A stretch of 64,000 nt of DNA. Source: Macrostomum hystrix (taxonomy: Eukaryota > Animalia > Platyhelminthes). Each line of letters opens with the position of its first letter. Positions within the stretch are counted from its first letter, which is position 1. The DNA lies in contig CATNEN010000039.1 in the NCBI GenBank assembly GCA_950097015.1, forward strand, positions 13,330,001 through 13,394,000. The letters run 5' to 3'. Shown here piece by piece: positions 25,901-38,134 of this stretch. The position numbers were made by a program, and so were the translations under genes. The notes under the pieces are model-generated. The model searched no databases and was not told where the DNA came from. It saw only the letters and a list, made by a program, of their open reading frames with translations.

Positions 25901-28900
25901 TATTAACGACACAACAACACATCACTAGATCACTAGATTACTTGATTACTAGATTACTATACAGCTATAATACTAGATTACTAGATTAATAGTGTAGTGC
26001 CGGTGTTTCTAAGGCATTGTCGACTTCTCGCCAACGCCGTTGTTTCAGGCCTGTTTGATTGGCTCAGCCTTGGCCTCGCCCTCTCTCACCCTCCTCCCCC
26101 GTTCCTGCTCTGTGTGCCCTGTGCCGCAACCTGATTGGCTGGACGCCGGCGGCTGTCTGTTAAACTCTACCCCAGCCCTGCGTGGCTTCGCCCCTCCCGC
26201 CAATCAGCACTGCGAAGCTTTGCCCATACAACACTACCCATCCCTGTCCGCTGTTGGCTTGACTTTGGTGATAGGTTCATCGCCTCCCCTGTCTTCCCCC
26301 TCCCCCAAGTATCTGGCCAGTTTTATTATTATCTGCCCGTGCCGGTGTGCGCTCCTGCGACAGCGTTTGGGCTGTAGTATTCGAGCCGCAATGACGGTCT
26401 CCAACTGCGAAGACTCAATTTACTGCATGAAATAAAATAGACCGAACTCGTCAGAGAAGCCTCCTGCGTCATCCAGAGTTCCGACCGGTAAGCGCTGCAT
26501 TCGTGTCTGTCCTTTCGGAGTGCCAGGTACGTACAGTAGGATCTTACTGTGTGAGCGCTTAACGCCATTTAGCGTTTCAACACATCAATCAATAATAATC
26601 GATCAATCTGTCAAACTATCAATTGATCAGATTGTGGCTCACCCAGGAACAACAGATACGAGGCGCTGTGACAGATGAACTTGATGAATGGCTTTCTAAT
26701 CTTCTGTCCCAGGCTGGACCTCGGCGCCAGCAGGTAGAACATTGCCAGCATCGGGAAAATACTCGCAAAGGTGCCAATCATGCCCATCTGGAACACCAGG
26801 TGCTTCCGGCGGAAGCCCGGCAGACCGTCATACCATAGAGCGGCCAGGAGCTGCTGACAGTGCGGGTGGGCGACGAACTGCGAATGGGCAGGCGGGGAGA
26901 TCTGCTGCAAATCACTGAGTGCTTCGACGGCGAATCCAAGGGAAATGGGACATGCACAGGAGGTATGGACACCTCCATCTTCTCTTTTAAGAGAAGAGGA
27001 CACACCAAAGAGAACGAGTCAACCCACATAGAAGGAGAGGACATCCCAGAGTGTAGAAGTGGACAACCCATAAAGAGTGGACACCCCATAGAGGAGGAGC
27101 GGACACCCCATAGTAAAAGAGTGGACACCCCATAGAGAAACAGTGGACACCCCTAGAAAGAAGTATATTATACCCAAAAAGGGTGGATTGGACGCCCTAA
27201 AGAGGAGGGGTGGACACACCATAAAGGAGGAGTGGACAGACCATAAAGGAGGAGTGGACACACCATAAAGGAGGAGTGGACACACCATAAAGGAGGAGTG
27301 GACACACCATAAAGGAGGAGTGGACAGACCATAAAGGAGGAGTGGACACACCATAAAGGAAGAGTGGACACACCATAAAGGAGGAGTGGACACACCATAA
27401 AGGAGGAGTGGACACACCACAGAGGAGCGGTCCAGTGAGGGTGAGACAACCGCGAAACCGTGGACAATTTGGTAAACATATTAGCCACAATCAGGAATCC
27501 TTTGATGTTAATCGTTTCCTCACCTATTTCTGCCACAAAAACAAATGAAGAACGGGGCGTTTTTTGACCAAACGGTTACTAACCAATTCAATCCATAATC
27601 AGGCTGCTAATATATATAATTATATTTTAAATCGAATACAAAATTATTGCTGAAATCAAAGGCAAAACACAGCGCGCCAAGTCGCGGTTGATTCTGCGCT
27701 GCGAAAAAAATCGAACATTAGCGGCTCGACCCTCTGAGTGCTTTCACAGGTATAATCCCAAGCATTATCTGTGCGATCGTTTTTTAGTTGAGTTGGGATT
27801 TTTTCCTCGGGGGGGGCGGGAGGCTGGGAAAAATTTCTCCGACGTGACCACACCCGAATTTCTCCCCATTCCGTTAAAAAGTTCCCCCATCCATGAGTGA
27901 CAGGCTCTAGATCGGTGGTTCTTTCTTCTGTCTCCAAGCGGATATCGAATTTCATATTCTATCCGTGCTTTGAGCAGAATAAAATGATGTTCCACTGAAG
28001 GCAGTGCTAGTCGTGCGCCTGAAGGTGTGCTCAAAGAAGAGTAGAAAATTTCCCACTACTTTCTCCGCAAATCAAAAGAAACTTCGGCGATGCTTTTGTG
28101 TTATTGCAGGAAACGTGCCGCATTGATCTTTAATAGCTAGCGAGAGTGCTTTGACGATCATGACGTCACCCTGCGATTTTCATTGATGCGTAAGATTTTG
28201 AGCAGTTTTTTGTTTGATTTGAGAATAATTACTCTTCGAATTTTGAGATAAGTTAGAGTAAAAAGGCTTGATATTTGGAGTTCAATTTGAGAGTCGCATC
28301 TTCGGGATTTTGAGTTCGATTTCAGAATTGAGTCTTGGGATTTTGAGCTCGATTTCAGAATTGAGTCTTGGGATTTTGAGCTCGATTTCAGAATTGAGTC
28401 TTGGGATTTTGAGCTCGATTTCAGAATTGAGTATTGGGATTTTTAGTTCGATTTCAGAATTGAGTATTGGGATTTTGAGCTAGATTTCAGAATTAAGTCT
28501 TGGGGTTTTGAGTTCGATTTCAGAAAAAAATCATTCAGGATTCTGATAATAGAAATATTATGATTTTGAGAATAGATTCTTTTGGGTTTTGGAAATGGAT
28601 TCTTTAGGTTTTTTAGTTCGATTTAAAAAATTAATTATGATTTTCACTCTCTGCTTAGCCTACCTTCTTCTGCTTGTATTTGATCGCCAGTTTCAGTCTG
28701 GACAATTGCATTCTTTCAGCATCGCCAGCTTCGTCAGACTGTCCGCCGAGCACAACTCTTCCCCCGCCTCCGCCGCCGCCTCCGCCGCCCCCGCCGCTTG
28801 TCAGACGAGAGCCGCTTTGGCCAACCTCGTGATTGAGCACAATGGCTAGCTCCTGAGAGCTGCGGGTCTGTTCTAGCAAGGCCGTGGCAAAATTCTGGCA

Positions 28901-31900
28901 CTTGGCAGCCAGCTGTTCATACTCTGACTTGAACTCATTCTCCAACCGTCCCAATCGCTTCATCTCCCAGCTGAGCTCGAAGGCTGTGAGAATTGGGTCC
29001 TTGCTAGATAGGCAGATCAGTGCAGGGCTGGCCAAGGCTTTGTATGCGTTGATGCGAGATTTCGAATGCCGCAGGCTGTCCTCGAGTTGAGCCCGGACGC
29101 AGTCGGCGCAGTCGCAACGCAACTCGTGTGGCTTCGGCACTCGGTCGCCGCGATCGAGAAGCATGCGCAAGATTTCGTAGTTATCGATTTGGGCAGCCAG
29201 GATGATTGGCGTGACGTCAGGGGTGAAACTGCCGGAGGCTGCCAAGGCTGACGGATCTGTGGAGTCTGCCTGCTGGGGGGTGAAAAACAACAAACTCATT
29301 GGTTGGGGATCATTGCAGGGACTGTAAGGAGCATTGTAGAGACACAGTCGTACAGTTGTAGACACGGTCTGTAGAGTAGAGAGAGTCAGTTTGTAGGCTA
29401 GATAGAGTCAGTTTGTAGGGTAGAGTAGTAGTCAGTGGATAGAATGACAGAAAAAATTAGAAAAAAGAACCAAAAACAAAAAACTGCTATGAGATTGAAA
29501 ACTCAAACTTGATGGCAAAGAATTAAAAATATGTTATTGATAGTTACAGATTCATATGTTTAAAAAATCAAAAACGCCCAAAGTTTAGGATTCGGGATTC
29601 TAGATTCTGGATTCTAGATTCTAGATTCGGGATTTTGGATTTTGCATTCTAGATTTGGGATTTCGGGATTCTAGATTCGGGATTCGGGATTCTAGATTCG
29701 GGATTCTAGATTCGGGATTCTAGATTCGGGATTCTAGATTCGGGATTCTAGATTCGGGATTCTAGATTCGGGATTCTGGATTCTAGATTCTTGATTATGG
29801 ATTCTAGATTCTAGATTCGGGATTCCGCATTCTAGAATCGGGATTCTGGATTCTAGATTCGGGATTCTGCATTCTAGAATCGGGATTCTGGATTCTAGAT
29901 TGGGGATTCGGGATTCTAGATTCGGGATTCTGCATTCTAGATTCGGGATTCGGGATTCTAGATTCGGGATTCAGCATTCTAGATTCAAGAGTTTGAATTC
30001 TAGATTCGGGATTCGGGATTCTAGATTCGGGACTTCGCATTCTAGTTTCGGGATTTTGCATTATAGGTTCAAAATTTTACATTCTAGATTCTGGATTCTA
30101 GATTCGGGATTTTGGATTTTGGATTCTAGATTTGGGATTTCGGGATTCTAGATTCGGGATTCGGGATTCTAGATTTGGGATTCGGGATTCTGGATTCTAG
30201 ATTCTTGATTATGGATTCTAGATTCTAGATTCGGGATTCCGCATTCTAGAATCGGGATTCTGGATTCTAGATTCGGGATTCTGCATTCTAGATTCGGGAT
30301 TCTGGATTCTAGATTGGGGATTCGGGATTCTAGATTCGGGATTCTGCATTCTAGATTCGGGATTCTGCATTCTAGATTCGGGATTCTGGATTCTAGATTG
30401 GGGATTCGGGATTCTAGATTCAGGATTCTGCATTCTCGATTCGGGATTCGGGATTCTAGATTCGGGATTCTGCATTCTAGATTCGGGATTCTGCATTCTA
30501 GATTCGGGATTCGGGATTCTAGATTCGGGATTCAGCATTCTAGATTCAAGAGTTTGAATTCTAGATTCGGGATTCGGGATTCTAGATTCGGGACTTCGCA
30601 TTCTAGTTTCGGGATTTTGCATTATAGATTCAAAATTTTACATTCTAGATTCTGGATTCTAGATTCGGGATTTTGGATTTTGGATTCTAGATTTGGGATT
30701 TCGGGATTCTAGATTCGGGATTCGGGATTCTAGATTGGGGATTCGGGATTCTAGATTCGGGATTCTGCATTCTCGATTCGGGATTCGGGATTCTAGATTC
30801 GGGATTATGCATTCTAGATTCGGGATTCTGCATTCTCGATTCGGGATTCGGGATTCTAGATTCGGGATTCTGCATTCTAGATTCGGGATTCTGGATTCTA
30901 GATTCGGGATTCTGGATTCTAGATTGGGGATTCGGGATTCTAGATTCGGGATTCTGCATTCTCGATTCGGGATTCGGGATTCTAGATTCGGGATTCTGCA
31001 TTCTAGATTCGGGATTCTGCATTCTAGATTCGGGATTCGGGATTCTAGATTCGGGATTCAGCATTCTAGATTCAAGAGTTTGAATTCTAGATTCGGGATT
31101 CGGGATTCTAGATTCGGGACTTCGCATTCTAGTTTCGGGATTTTGCATTATAGATTCAAAATTTTACATTCTAGATTCTGGATTCTAGATTCGGGATTTT
31201 GGATTTTGGATTCTAGATTAGGGATTTTGGGATTCTAGATTCGGGACTTCGCATTCTAGTTTCGGGATTTTGCATTATAGATTCAAAATTTTACATTCTA
31301 GATTCTGGATTCTAGATTCGGGATTTTGGATTTTGGATTCTAGATTTGGGATTTCGGGATTCTAGATTCGGGATTCGGGATTCTAGATTGGGGATTCGGG
31401 ATTCTAGATTCGGGATTCTGCATTCTCGATTCGGGATTCGGGATTCTAGATTCGGGATTCTGCATTCTAGATTCGGGATTCTGCATTCTAGATTCGGGAT
31501 TCTGCATTCTCGATTCGGGATTCTGCATTCTCGATTAGGGATTCTGCATTCTAGACTTGCGAATTCGCATTCGGAATTCGGCATTTAAAATTGAAAAGTT
31601 TGTTTACAATAAGTTAAGAAAGGCTAGAACAATAATAACGTAGATTTGAAGATCTACTGCGTAGTTAAATTGACATTTAGTTAAATTTAAAGGTTTCTGT
31701 ACAATTAAAGAGTTTTAAAGCACTGAAAGAAAGATTTTTAACATTAGCCGGAAATTGTGTCTACCCAGTCAGACTGTATTTCAAATATTTAGCTTGCTAC
31801 TTTAACAAAGCATAAGAAACTTAATCGATAATGAAAATCTGAATGAATTGTATACCCAGTCAGAACACTTGATCCTTCCGTATTTACTCGACAGGTGAAA

Positions 31901-34805
31901 CTTCTAGGAATTCTGAACTCATATTTTACTAGTTTATTTGCTACGAAACATAGATTCTAGAGAAACTTTTGCCCTTCAAATTTACACAAAAAATATTGTG
32001 TAGACAGCCTTTCACCTAATTAATTATTTATATGCTCATTTGTCAGCAACAATGTCAACTGCTCAATTTTTTTCCAGTAAAATTGACGAGCACTCAAGCA
32101 ACCCAAGTTGGATTGAATATTTTGTGAATATCTTGAATATTCGGGATTCTAGATTCGGGATTCTAGATTCGGGATTCTAGATTCGGGATTCTAGATTCGG
32201 GATTCTAGATTCGGGATTCTAGATTCGGGATTCTAGATTCGGGATTCTAGATTCGGGATTCTAGATTCGGGATTCTAGATTCGGGATTCTAGATTCGGGA
32301 TTCTAGATTCGGGATTCTAGATTCGGGATTCTAGATTCGGGATTCTAGATTCGGGATTCTAGATTCGGGATTCTAGATTCGGGATTCTAGATTCGGGATT
32401 CTAGATTCGGGATTCTAGATTCGGGATTCTAGATTCGGGATTCTAGATTCGGGATTCTAGATTCGGGATTCTAGATTCGGGATTCTAGATTCGGGATTCT
32501 AGATTCGGGATTCTAGATTCGGGATTCTAGATTCGGGATTCTAGATTCGGGATTCTAGATTCGGGATTCTAGATTCGGGATTCTAGATTCGGGATTCTAG
32601 ATTCGGGATTCTAGATTCGGGATTCTAGATTCGGGATTCTAGATTCGGGATTCTAGATTCGGGATTCTAGATTCGGGATTCTAGATTCGGGATTCTAGAT
32701 TCGGGATTCTAGATTCGGGATTCTAGATTCGGGATTCTAAATTCGGGATTCTAGATTCGGGATTCTAGATTCGGGATTCTAGATTCTGGATTCTAGATTC
32801 GGGATTCTAGATTCGGGATTCTAGATTCGGGATTCTAGATTCGGGATTCTAGATTCGGGATTCTAGATTCGGGATTCTAAATTCGGCATTAGCGGTTTCA
32901 GATTCTAAATTAAGGATTTTTATTCGGAATCGGGAATTCTAGATTTGGATAAGTGAATTTTGGGCATATTTCATACTCTCTCATCTCTTCTCCATTATCG
33001 ACTTTTGACCGTACGCTCGGAGACTATAAGATAGCAGTCAAACCCAAACAAAAATAAAAGATAAGAAGGAAGCAACTGCATGGAAATGTAGCGCGAGACA
33101 CAACAAAAATATATAATAATACGATTTACACTTCGTTTAAGGTGCAGAAATAGTGCAGACGGAGGATGCATGGCTGTTAAAATATTCTGCAATAACGAGG
33201 CGCGGGTTGCCAATTTGCTATCGACAAAATACCACTGCGGATAATATATCTAATTAGCACTACATGAGAAGTATACAGCTATTTAAGTATTTAAAAAGCA
33301 AATATTAATTTTTCCACATGATGTCAGAAACACTCTGGTTGTAAAACAACACAAGTCCACAACCAATAAAGTTGCAGTATCGATTAAAAATTCGAAACAT
33401 CTACAGCCAGTTAAGTGTCTAACAGGTGAGGATTCTACAGCCAGTTAGGTGTCTAACAGGTGAGGATTCTACAGCCAGTTAGGTGTCTAACAGGTGAGGA
33501 TTCTACAGCCAGTTAGGTGTCTAACAGGTGAGGATTCTACAGCCAGTAAGGTGTCTAACAGGTGAGGATTCTACAGCCAGTTAGGTGTCTAACAGGTGAG
33601 GATTCTACAGCCAGTAAGGTGTCTAACAGGTGAGGATTCTACAGCCAGTTAGGTGTCTAACAGGTGAGGATTCTACAGCCAGTTAGGTGTCTAACAGGTG
33701 AGGATTCTACAGCCAGTTAGGTGTCTAACAGGTGAGGATTCTACAGCCAGTTAGGTGTCTAACAGGTGAGGATTCTACAGCCAGTTAGGTGTCTAACAGG
33801 TGAGGATTCTACAGCCAGTTAAGTGTCTAACAGGTGGCGAGGCAATTCTGCCCATTTCGCTGACTCCTGAGCTCACGCGCACACAGATAACTTACTCCGG
33901 CTCACGCTCTCACATCTGTCTTTCTCATTGTCAGGCAGTGTACACTCTCACTGTGTCTAGGAGTTTGGCCCTCAAGGGCGTAAATTGCATGACAAGCCCC
34001 CAAGCCTTCTCTCCGCGGCTGCGCCCCAAATGAATGTGGCCTCGCCGCGGAAACGAACTCAGGGACCGTGGTGCGAGACGCAAACGCGTTAACCGCTCTG
34101 CCACCAACCTCCCGGATGGAGGGAGGATAGTCCCGGATGGATAGTTCATCGTGAAGGGTGGAAAACTTTAATCCATATGGTGGACTTTCACGAGAATCGG
34201 TCATTCGGTTTGGGAGCTGTCGTGAAGTACGCAGCGGGAATTAGAAATACTACCGTGGTCTATCCCAAGGGGAGACAGCATCGTCTTTCTACTGCTCCAA
34301 CCCACAGCAGTGTCAGACTCACCAGTCCTGCCAGTTTGTCCACCTGAGCGTTCAGCAGCATCTCGACCGCCACGACGTTCTCCTCCTGAATGGCGTACAG
34401 CAGAGCGTCGCCCAGCCGGAGGTTGCAGCCAAGCAGGAGTTCCAGCAGTTCAATGTGCTCCAACTCGATGGCGATGAGCACGGCTGATCGGCCCAGTGAG
34501 TCAACGCAGTTCACGTCGATGCCCAGACCAGCCGCGTTCTCGATGTACTGCCTGACGGAGGCCATGTCGCCCATCTCCACGGCGAGAAGGTAGCGCCGTT
34601 CGTTGCTGCTGAGGTCGGCCTCCTTGCGTAGCAGGCCGCCGAAGGCAGCGTCGTCCGCGACTGCGCCTCCGCTGATGCCGCCGCCGCCACCCAGGTCAAT
34701 GCCGAGCTCCTGCATGATTTGAGTTAGCTCGTGACTGCGGTCACGTACATCCGGGTGCTGCTGCTGCTGCTGCTGCTGTTTGGCATCCTTCCAGACTTTG
34801 TCCAT
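13300..34805 (-). CDS. TRPC: TRPC / TRP-gamma-like cation channel, 12 coding exons, ~1062 aa
   Basis: Exons 34805-34323, 29272-28664, 26877-26643, 25755-25633, 23739-23600, 23515-23142, 21630-21530, 16119-16025, 15646-15452, 15339-15298, 15149-14966, 13907-13300. All GT-AG with compatible phases (3189 nt). Ankyrin repeats, TRP_2 motif ([10 protein letters not shown]...[19 protein letters not shown]), [11 protein letters not shown], pore helix, [12 protein letters not shown] box EWKFAR, C-terminal coiled coil. Confidence 0.95.
13436..13590 (-). repeat. CAG trinucleotide tract encoding polyQ
   Basis: (CTG)n on + strand with few interruptions. Confidence 0.95.
13922..14576. repeat. 20-bp minisatellite (TAGACAGTTTCCTAGCTGTT), last TRPC intron
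   Basis: About 32 copies. Confidence 0.95.
14577..14740. repeat. ~18-19-bp repeat (AAAATCTACCTGCCAACT)
   Basis: About 8 copies, decaying toward 14840. Confidence 0.9.
14966..15149 (-). CDS. TRPC: TRPC coding exon 11 (coiled coil)
   Basis: VMRDLVKRY...[21 protein letters not shown]. Confidence 0.92.
15298..15339 (-). CDS. TRPC: TRPC coding exon 10 (42 nt)
   Basis: [14 protein letters not shown] between TTGCAG and GTGAG. Confidence 0.8.
15452..15646 (-). CDS. TRPC: TRPC coding exon 9 (TRP box)
   Basis: [35 protein letters not shown]. Confidence 0.95.
16025..16119 (-). CDS. TRPC: TRPC coding exon 8 (S6)
   Basis: [31 protein letters not shown]. Confidence 0.92.
16480..20582 (+). CDS. Nested Delta-like (MNNL/C2 + DSL-like, no EGF) type I membrane protein, 7 exons, ~456 aa
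   Basis: Exons 16480-16548, 16622-16746, 17739-17853, 17931-18127, 19217-19344, 19509-19917, 20255-20582. All GT-AG, phases compatible (1371 nt). Signal peptide [23 protein letters not shown]; [18 protein letters not shown] resembles the Delta N-terminus; [14 protein letters not shown]...YVCDLSG...C is DSL-like; S/T stalk; [24 protein letters not shown] followed by RRRK. Confidence 0.85.
16838..17695. repeat. 27-bp minisatellite (GTAGCTTGCTGAAGTTTCAGGTGACTG) with a shorter variant, Delta-like intron 2
   Basis: About 30 copies; source of the spurious LKLQQATSH ORFs. Confidence 0.95.
18190..19075. repeat. 28-bp minisatellite (GGTTAGCTTGCTGAAGGTTCAGGTAACG), Delta-like intron 4
   Basis: About 30 copies; shares a core with the 27-bp array. 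Confidence 0.95.
20900..21405. repeat. ~20-bp purine-rich minisatellite (CCAGAGACAAGAAGACACC)
   Basis: About 24 copies. Confidence 0.9.
21530..21630 (-). CDS. TRPC: TRPC coding exon 7 (pore helix)
   Basis: [18 protein letters not shown]...HSFTQFVG. Confidence 0.9.
22085..23095. repeat. 24/25-bp minisatellite (TATGACAGTGTCACACCTGTTAGA)
   Basis: About 40 copies. Confidence 0.95.
23142..23515 (-). CDS. TRPC: TRPC coding exon 6 (S4-S5)
   Basis: [24 protein letters not shown]...[19 protein letters not shown]. Confidence 0.93.
23600..23739 (-). CDS. TRPC: TRPC coding exon 5
   Basis: [40 protein letters not shown]. Confidence 0.92.
24578..24868 (-). mobile_element. tRNA-derived SINE, copy 1
   Basis: Minus-strand A box TGGCAGAGCGG (24861-24851) and B box GTTCGATTC (24816-24808); body closely similar to 33836-34110. 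Confidence 0.8.
25050..25225 (-). mobile_element. Second SINE-like dispersed repeat (remnants also at ~7920-8030 and ~8800-8930)
   Basis: Shared CAGTCCATGGACTGG...TTTAACAGCTGGGTGAA(C/A)TGAAGCAA and a reverse B-box-like GGAATCGAA. Confidence 0.55.
25633..25755 (-). CDS. TRPC: TRPC coding exon 4
   Basis: [10 protein letters not shown]...[18 protein letters not shown]. Confidence 0.88.
25993..26582 (+). mobile_element. Probable solo LTR (~590 bp) in TRPC intron
   Basis: TGTAG...CAACA termini, GC-rich block in AT-rich intron, several CCAAT/ATTGG boxes, AATAAA at ~26431. No TSD found. Confidence 0.4.
26643..26877 (-). CDS. TRPC: TRPC coding exon 3
   Basis: [24 protein letters not shown]...[13 protein letters not shown]. 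Confidence 0.93.
27055..27430. repeat. 22-bp minisatellite (GGAGTGGACACACCATAAAGGA)
   Basis: About 14 copies including degenerate ones. Confidence 0.9.
28300..28525. repeat. 33-bp minisatellite (GGGATTTTGAGCTCGATTTCAGAATTGAGTCTT)
   Basis: About 7 copies. Confidence 0.9.
28664..29272 (-). CDS. TRPC: TRPC coding exon 2 (ankyrin 4, TRP_2 domain)
   Basis: [12 protein letters not shown]...[16 protein letters not shown]...[12 protein letters not shown]. Confidence 0.93.
29586..31585. repeat. Heptamer-based satellite (GATTCGG/GATTCTA/GATTCTG/CATTCTA) with higher-order blocks
   Basis: 7-mer variants; marker TCAAGAGTTTGAATTC recurs at ~29986, 30546, 31072. Confidence 0.95.
32138..32890. repeat. Nearly pure 14-bp array (GATTCGGGATTCTA)n
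   Basis: About 53 copies. Confidence 0.97.
33400..33836. repeat. 34-bp minisatellite (CTACAGCCAGTTAGGTGTCTAACAGGTGAGGATT)
   Basis: About 13 copies; abuts SINE copy 2. Confidence 0.95.
33836..34110 (-). mobile_element. tRNA-derived SINE, copy 2
   Basis: Same A/B-box head and body as 24578-24868. Confidence 0.8.
34323..34805 (-). CDS. TRPC: TRPC coding exon 1 (ankyrin repeats)
   Basis: [17 protein letters not shown]...[17 protein letters not shown]; donor GTGAGT at 34322. Confidence 0.9.
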
Positions 34806-36249
34806 TTCTACAGAAAAATATAAAACTGTAATTATGTATAATGTAATTTAAAAAACTAAGCTGTAAGCTACCCACCTTTAAATGTCAACCGTCGAATGCA
34901 AGGAAGCTTGTGATCTGATCAGGATGAAGCTTGGATGACAGCCAGATGCAGGCACGATGCTGGAGCATAGGCTGCGCTGAGGATATAACGCTGCCAGGTA
35001 GGATTTTCATCCTCTCCAAAGCCTATTCCCTCTCCTAGCTGGGCTGTTTCCATTTTAAGCAACTCAGTCCAGCGATTGGAGGTTGGGTTGTCTCGTGGGA
35101 GAGAGAAAGAGACAAAGTGAGTGGGAGCGGGAGCGCCAATTGGTTGGGATGAAATTAGCTAGTTTCATAGGAGAAATAGATCAAATATGGCTTTCCAGAC
35201 CCCGGCTAACAGCACCAGGTGCAGCTTCTCCCAGCTCACGGATATTGTGTCGAGACCACGCGGGAGGGAGCCGGCAGTATGAATTGTTTGCTGCCCAGAA
35301 GAAGCCCAATTTCTATAGCAGAGAGTTCTGCACTCACCCTGACCCGGTACTCGGCAGAGCTTGCCGAGTGCCACTTTGGCGTATGTCTAGCTACTATCGG
35401 AAAATGATTATGGCGAGTGAAATTTTTAGACTAATTGATTCTGTCTCTGACTCCATCACTTATCCACTTATCAGAGATGCCTACCTCTAACAGTACTCTA
35501 TCTACCTGCCATCTATCTAGCCGACATCTATCTATCCGTCCCTTATCTGCCTCCTGACCAATCTACCTGACACCGATCTACATCTTCGTTGCCTTCCTGT
35601 CTCTACCTGTTCGATATGGTCATTACAATTTAGATAGGATCATAAGTTATAAGACTGTTACAATTCAAATCAGTTTTAGAATTAAAACAAACGTTTTTAC
35701 ATGCGTAAATGACAACTTAGCAAACTAATCTCAACTTGAACCGTTTCCAGAATACTAGTTTAGTGAATTTTGTTTATTTTCTTCAACTATAATATGCATT
35801 TGCACTTCTTATTCGATATTTTAAACTCAGTCGTACACGTCTGGCTGGCGGACAGTTTAAATATTCTCATTGACTGATTGATTGATGTCTGAGCTCAGCA
35901 AACAAACTGCCATGTTCTACTCAACATTTTCAGGCCTCAAATTCACGTTTGACTAGGGCACCAAGCTTATTGACCCTGTCATCTCGAGCTGTCTCAACTG
36001 TCTGGGGTTGAAATTTCTTGGCTCTACCCCCGCGCCCACCTCAATTACTCTCATTGATTTCAAAAGTCTGCTTCTGACAGCTGACATTGGGTCACGTTAC
36101 CTCTCAGCCGGATGTACTTTACTTAACATGCACTTTAAATTGAACTTTTCACGGACTAGTTTCTCGGGCCTTGTGTGTAATATCAATATAACATGTTTTA
36201 GGTTTTCCGATTCTAGGATGGTACCTATCCTAGGTACCTTCCTTCTATG

Positions 36250-37610
36250 ATGCATGGGATTTAGGATGTCTGGATGCATCGGAATTAGGATGTCTGAATG
36301 CAAAGGGATTTAGCTAGGATTCCTGGATGCAAAGAGATTTAGGATTCCTGGATGCAAAGCTGGATTTAGGATTCCTGGATGCAAAGGGATTTAGGATTCC
36401 TGGATGCAAAGGGATTTAGGATTCCTGGATGCAAAGGGATTTAGGATTCCTGGATGCAAAGGAATTTAGGATTCCTGGATGCAAAGGAATTTAGGATTCC
36501 TGGATGCAAAGGAATTTAGGATTCCTGGATGCAAAGGGATTTAGGATTCCTGGATACAAAGGGATTTAGGATTCCTGGATTCAAAGGGATTTAGGATTCC
36601 TGGATGCAAAGGGATTTAGGATTCCTGGATACAAAGGGATTTAGGATTCCTGGATGCAAAGGGATTTAGGATTCCTGGATGCAAAGGGATTTAGGATTCC
36701 TGGATGCAAAGGGATTTAGGATTCCTGGATGCAAAGGGATTTAGGATTCCTGGATGCAAAGGGATTTTGGATTCCTGGATGCAAAGGGATTTTGGATTCC
36801 TGGATGCAAAGGGATTTAGGATTCCTGGATGCAAAGGGATTTAGGATTCCTGGATGCAAAGGGATTTAGGATTCCTGGATGCAAAGGGATTTAGGATTCC
36901 TGGATGCAAAGGGATTTAGGATTCCTGGATGCAAAGGGATTTAGGATTCCTGGATGCAAAGGGATTTAGGATTCCTGGATGCAAAGGGATTTAGGATTCC
37001 TGGATGCAAAGGAATTTAGGATTCCTGGATGCAAAGGAATTTAGGATTCCTGGATGCAAAGGAATTTAGGATTCCTGGATGCAAAGGGATTTAGGATTCC
37101 TGGATACAAAGGGATTTAGGATTCCTGGATGCAAAGGGATTTAGGATTCCTGGATGCAAAGGGATTTAGGATTCCTGGATACAAAGGGATTTAGGATTCC
37201 TGGATGCAAAGGGATTTAGGATTCCTGGATACAAAGGGATTTAGGATTCCTGGATGCAAAGGGATTTAGGATTCCTGGATGCAAAGGGATTTAGGATTCC
37301 TGGATGCAAAGGGATTTAGGATTCCTGGATGCAAAGGGATTTAGGATTCCTGGATGCAAAGGGATTTAGGATTCCTGGATGCAAAGGGATTTTGGATTCC
37401 TGGATGCAAAGGGATTTAGGATTCCTGGATGCAAAGGGATTTAGGATTCCTGGATGCAAAGGGATTTAGGATTCCTGGATGCAAAGGGATTTAGGATTCC
37501 TGGATGCAAAGGGATTTAGGATTCCTGGATGCAAAGGGATTTAGGATTCCTGGATGCAAAGGGATTTAGGATTCCTGGATGCAAAGGGATTTAGGATTCC
37601 TGAATGCTTG
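36250..37610. repeat. 25-bp minisatellite (GGGATTTAGGATTCCTGGATGCAAA)
   Basis: About 52 copies. Confidence 0.97.
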
Positions 37611-38134
37611 GGATTTTTCCTCAAAGTTACGGTTTTAGGATTCCTGGAATTTCAGGATTTCTAGAATTCTGGAAAAATACATGTCGTTGAGCTCAGATAA
37701 ATATGAATTCCAATTTAAGCAGCCACCGTAGCGGCAGCAGCTGCAACTGCAGGGGCAAAACTTTTGTGTGTCATGTGATTCGTTTCGTTCGTTCAGGAAA
37801 ACAGGCCAAAGAGAGCTTTCAAAATCCATCAAATGCCGACAGGGTATTTAACAATTGCGTGCGGTTGATTGAGCAGCCTATTGTGATTTTTGACCTGGAA
37901 AATGTGCTCATCTGCTGGATTGGAGAGACAAATGAGTTTGTCTACTTTTGGTAGACTTTCTGGAGTCATCATGTCTCCAGAACTCGCGTTTTTTCCCTCA
38001 GCTTCCTGTGTATTTTCAAACTGCTCTGCTAGGACGTTAAAAGAATCGAATCATTGCGAAACAATTTTTTAAACTCAACTAAAAAACATTGGGCCTGATT
38101 TAATATCTAGTTATAAAACAGGGTAGGGATAAGG

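Noticed and set aside
35083-35490. 135-aa ORF upstream of TRPC
   Set aside because: No homology signal; more likely TRPC 5' UTR or promoter (a UTR intron is apparent at ~34808-34875).
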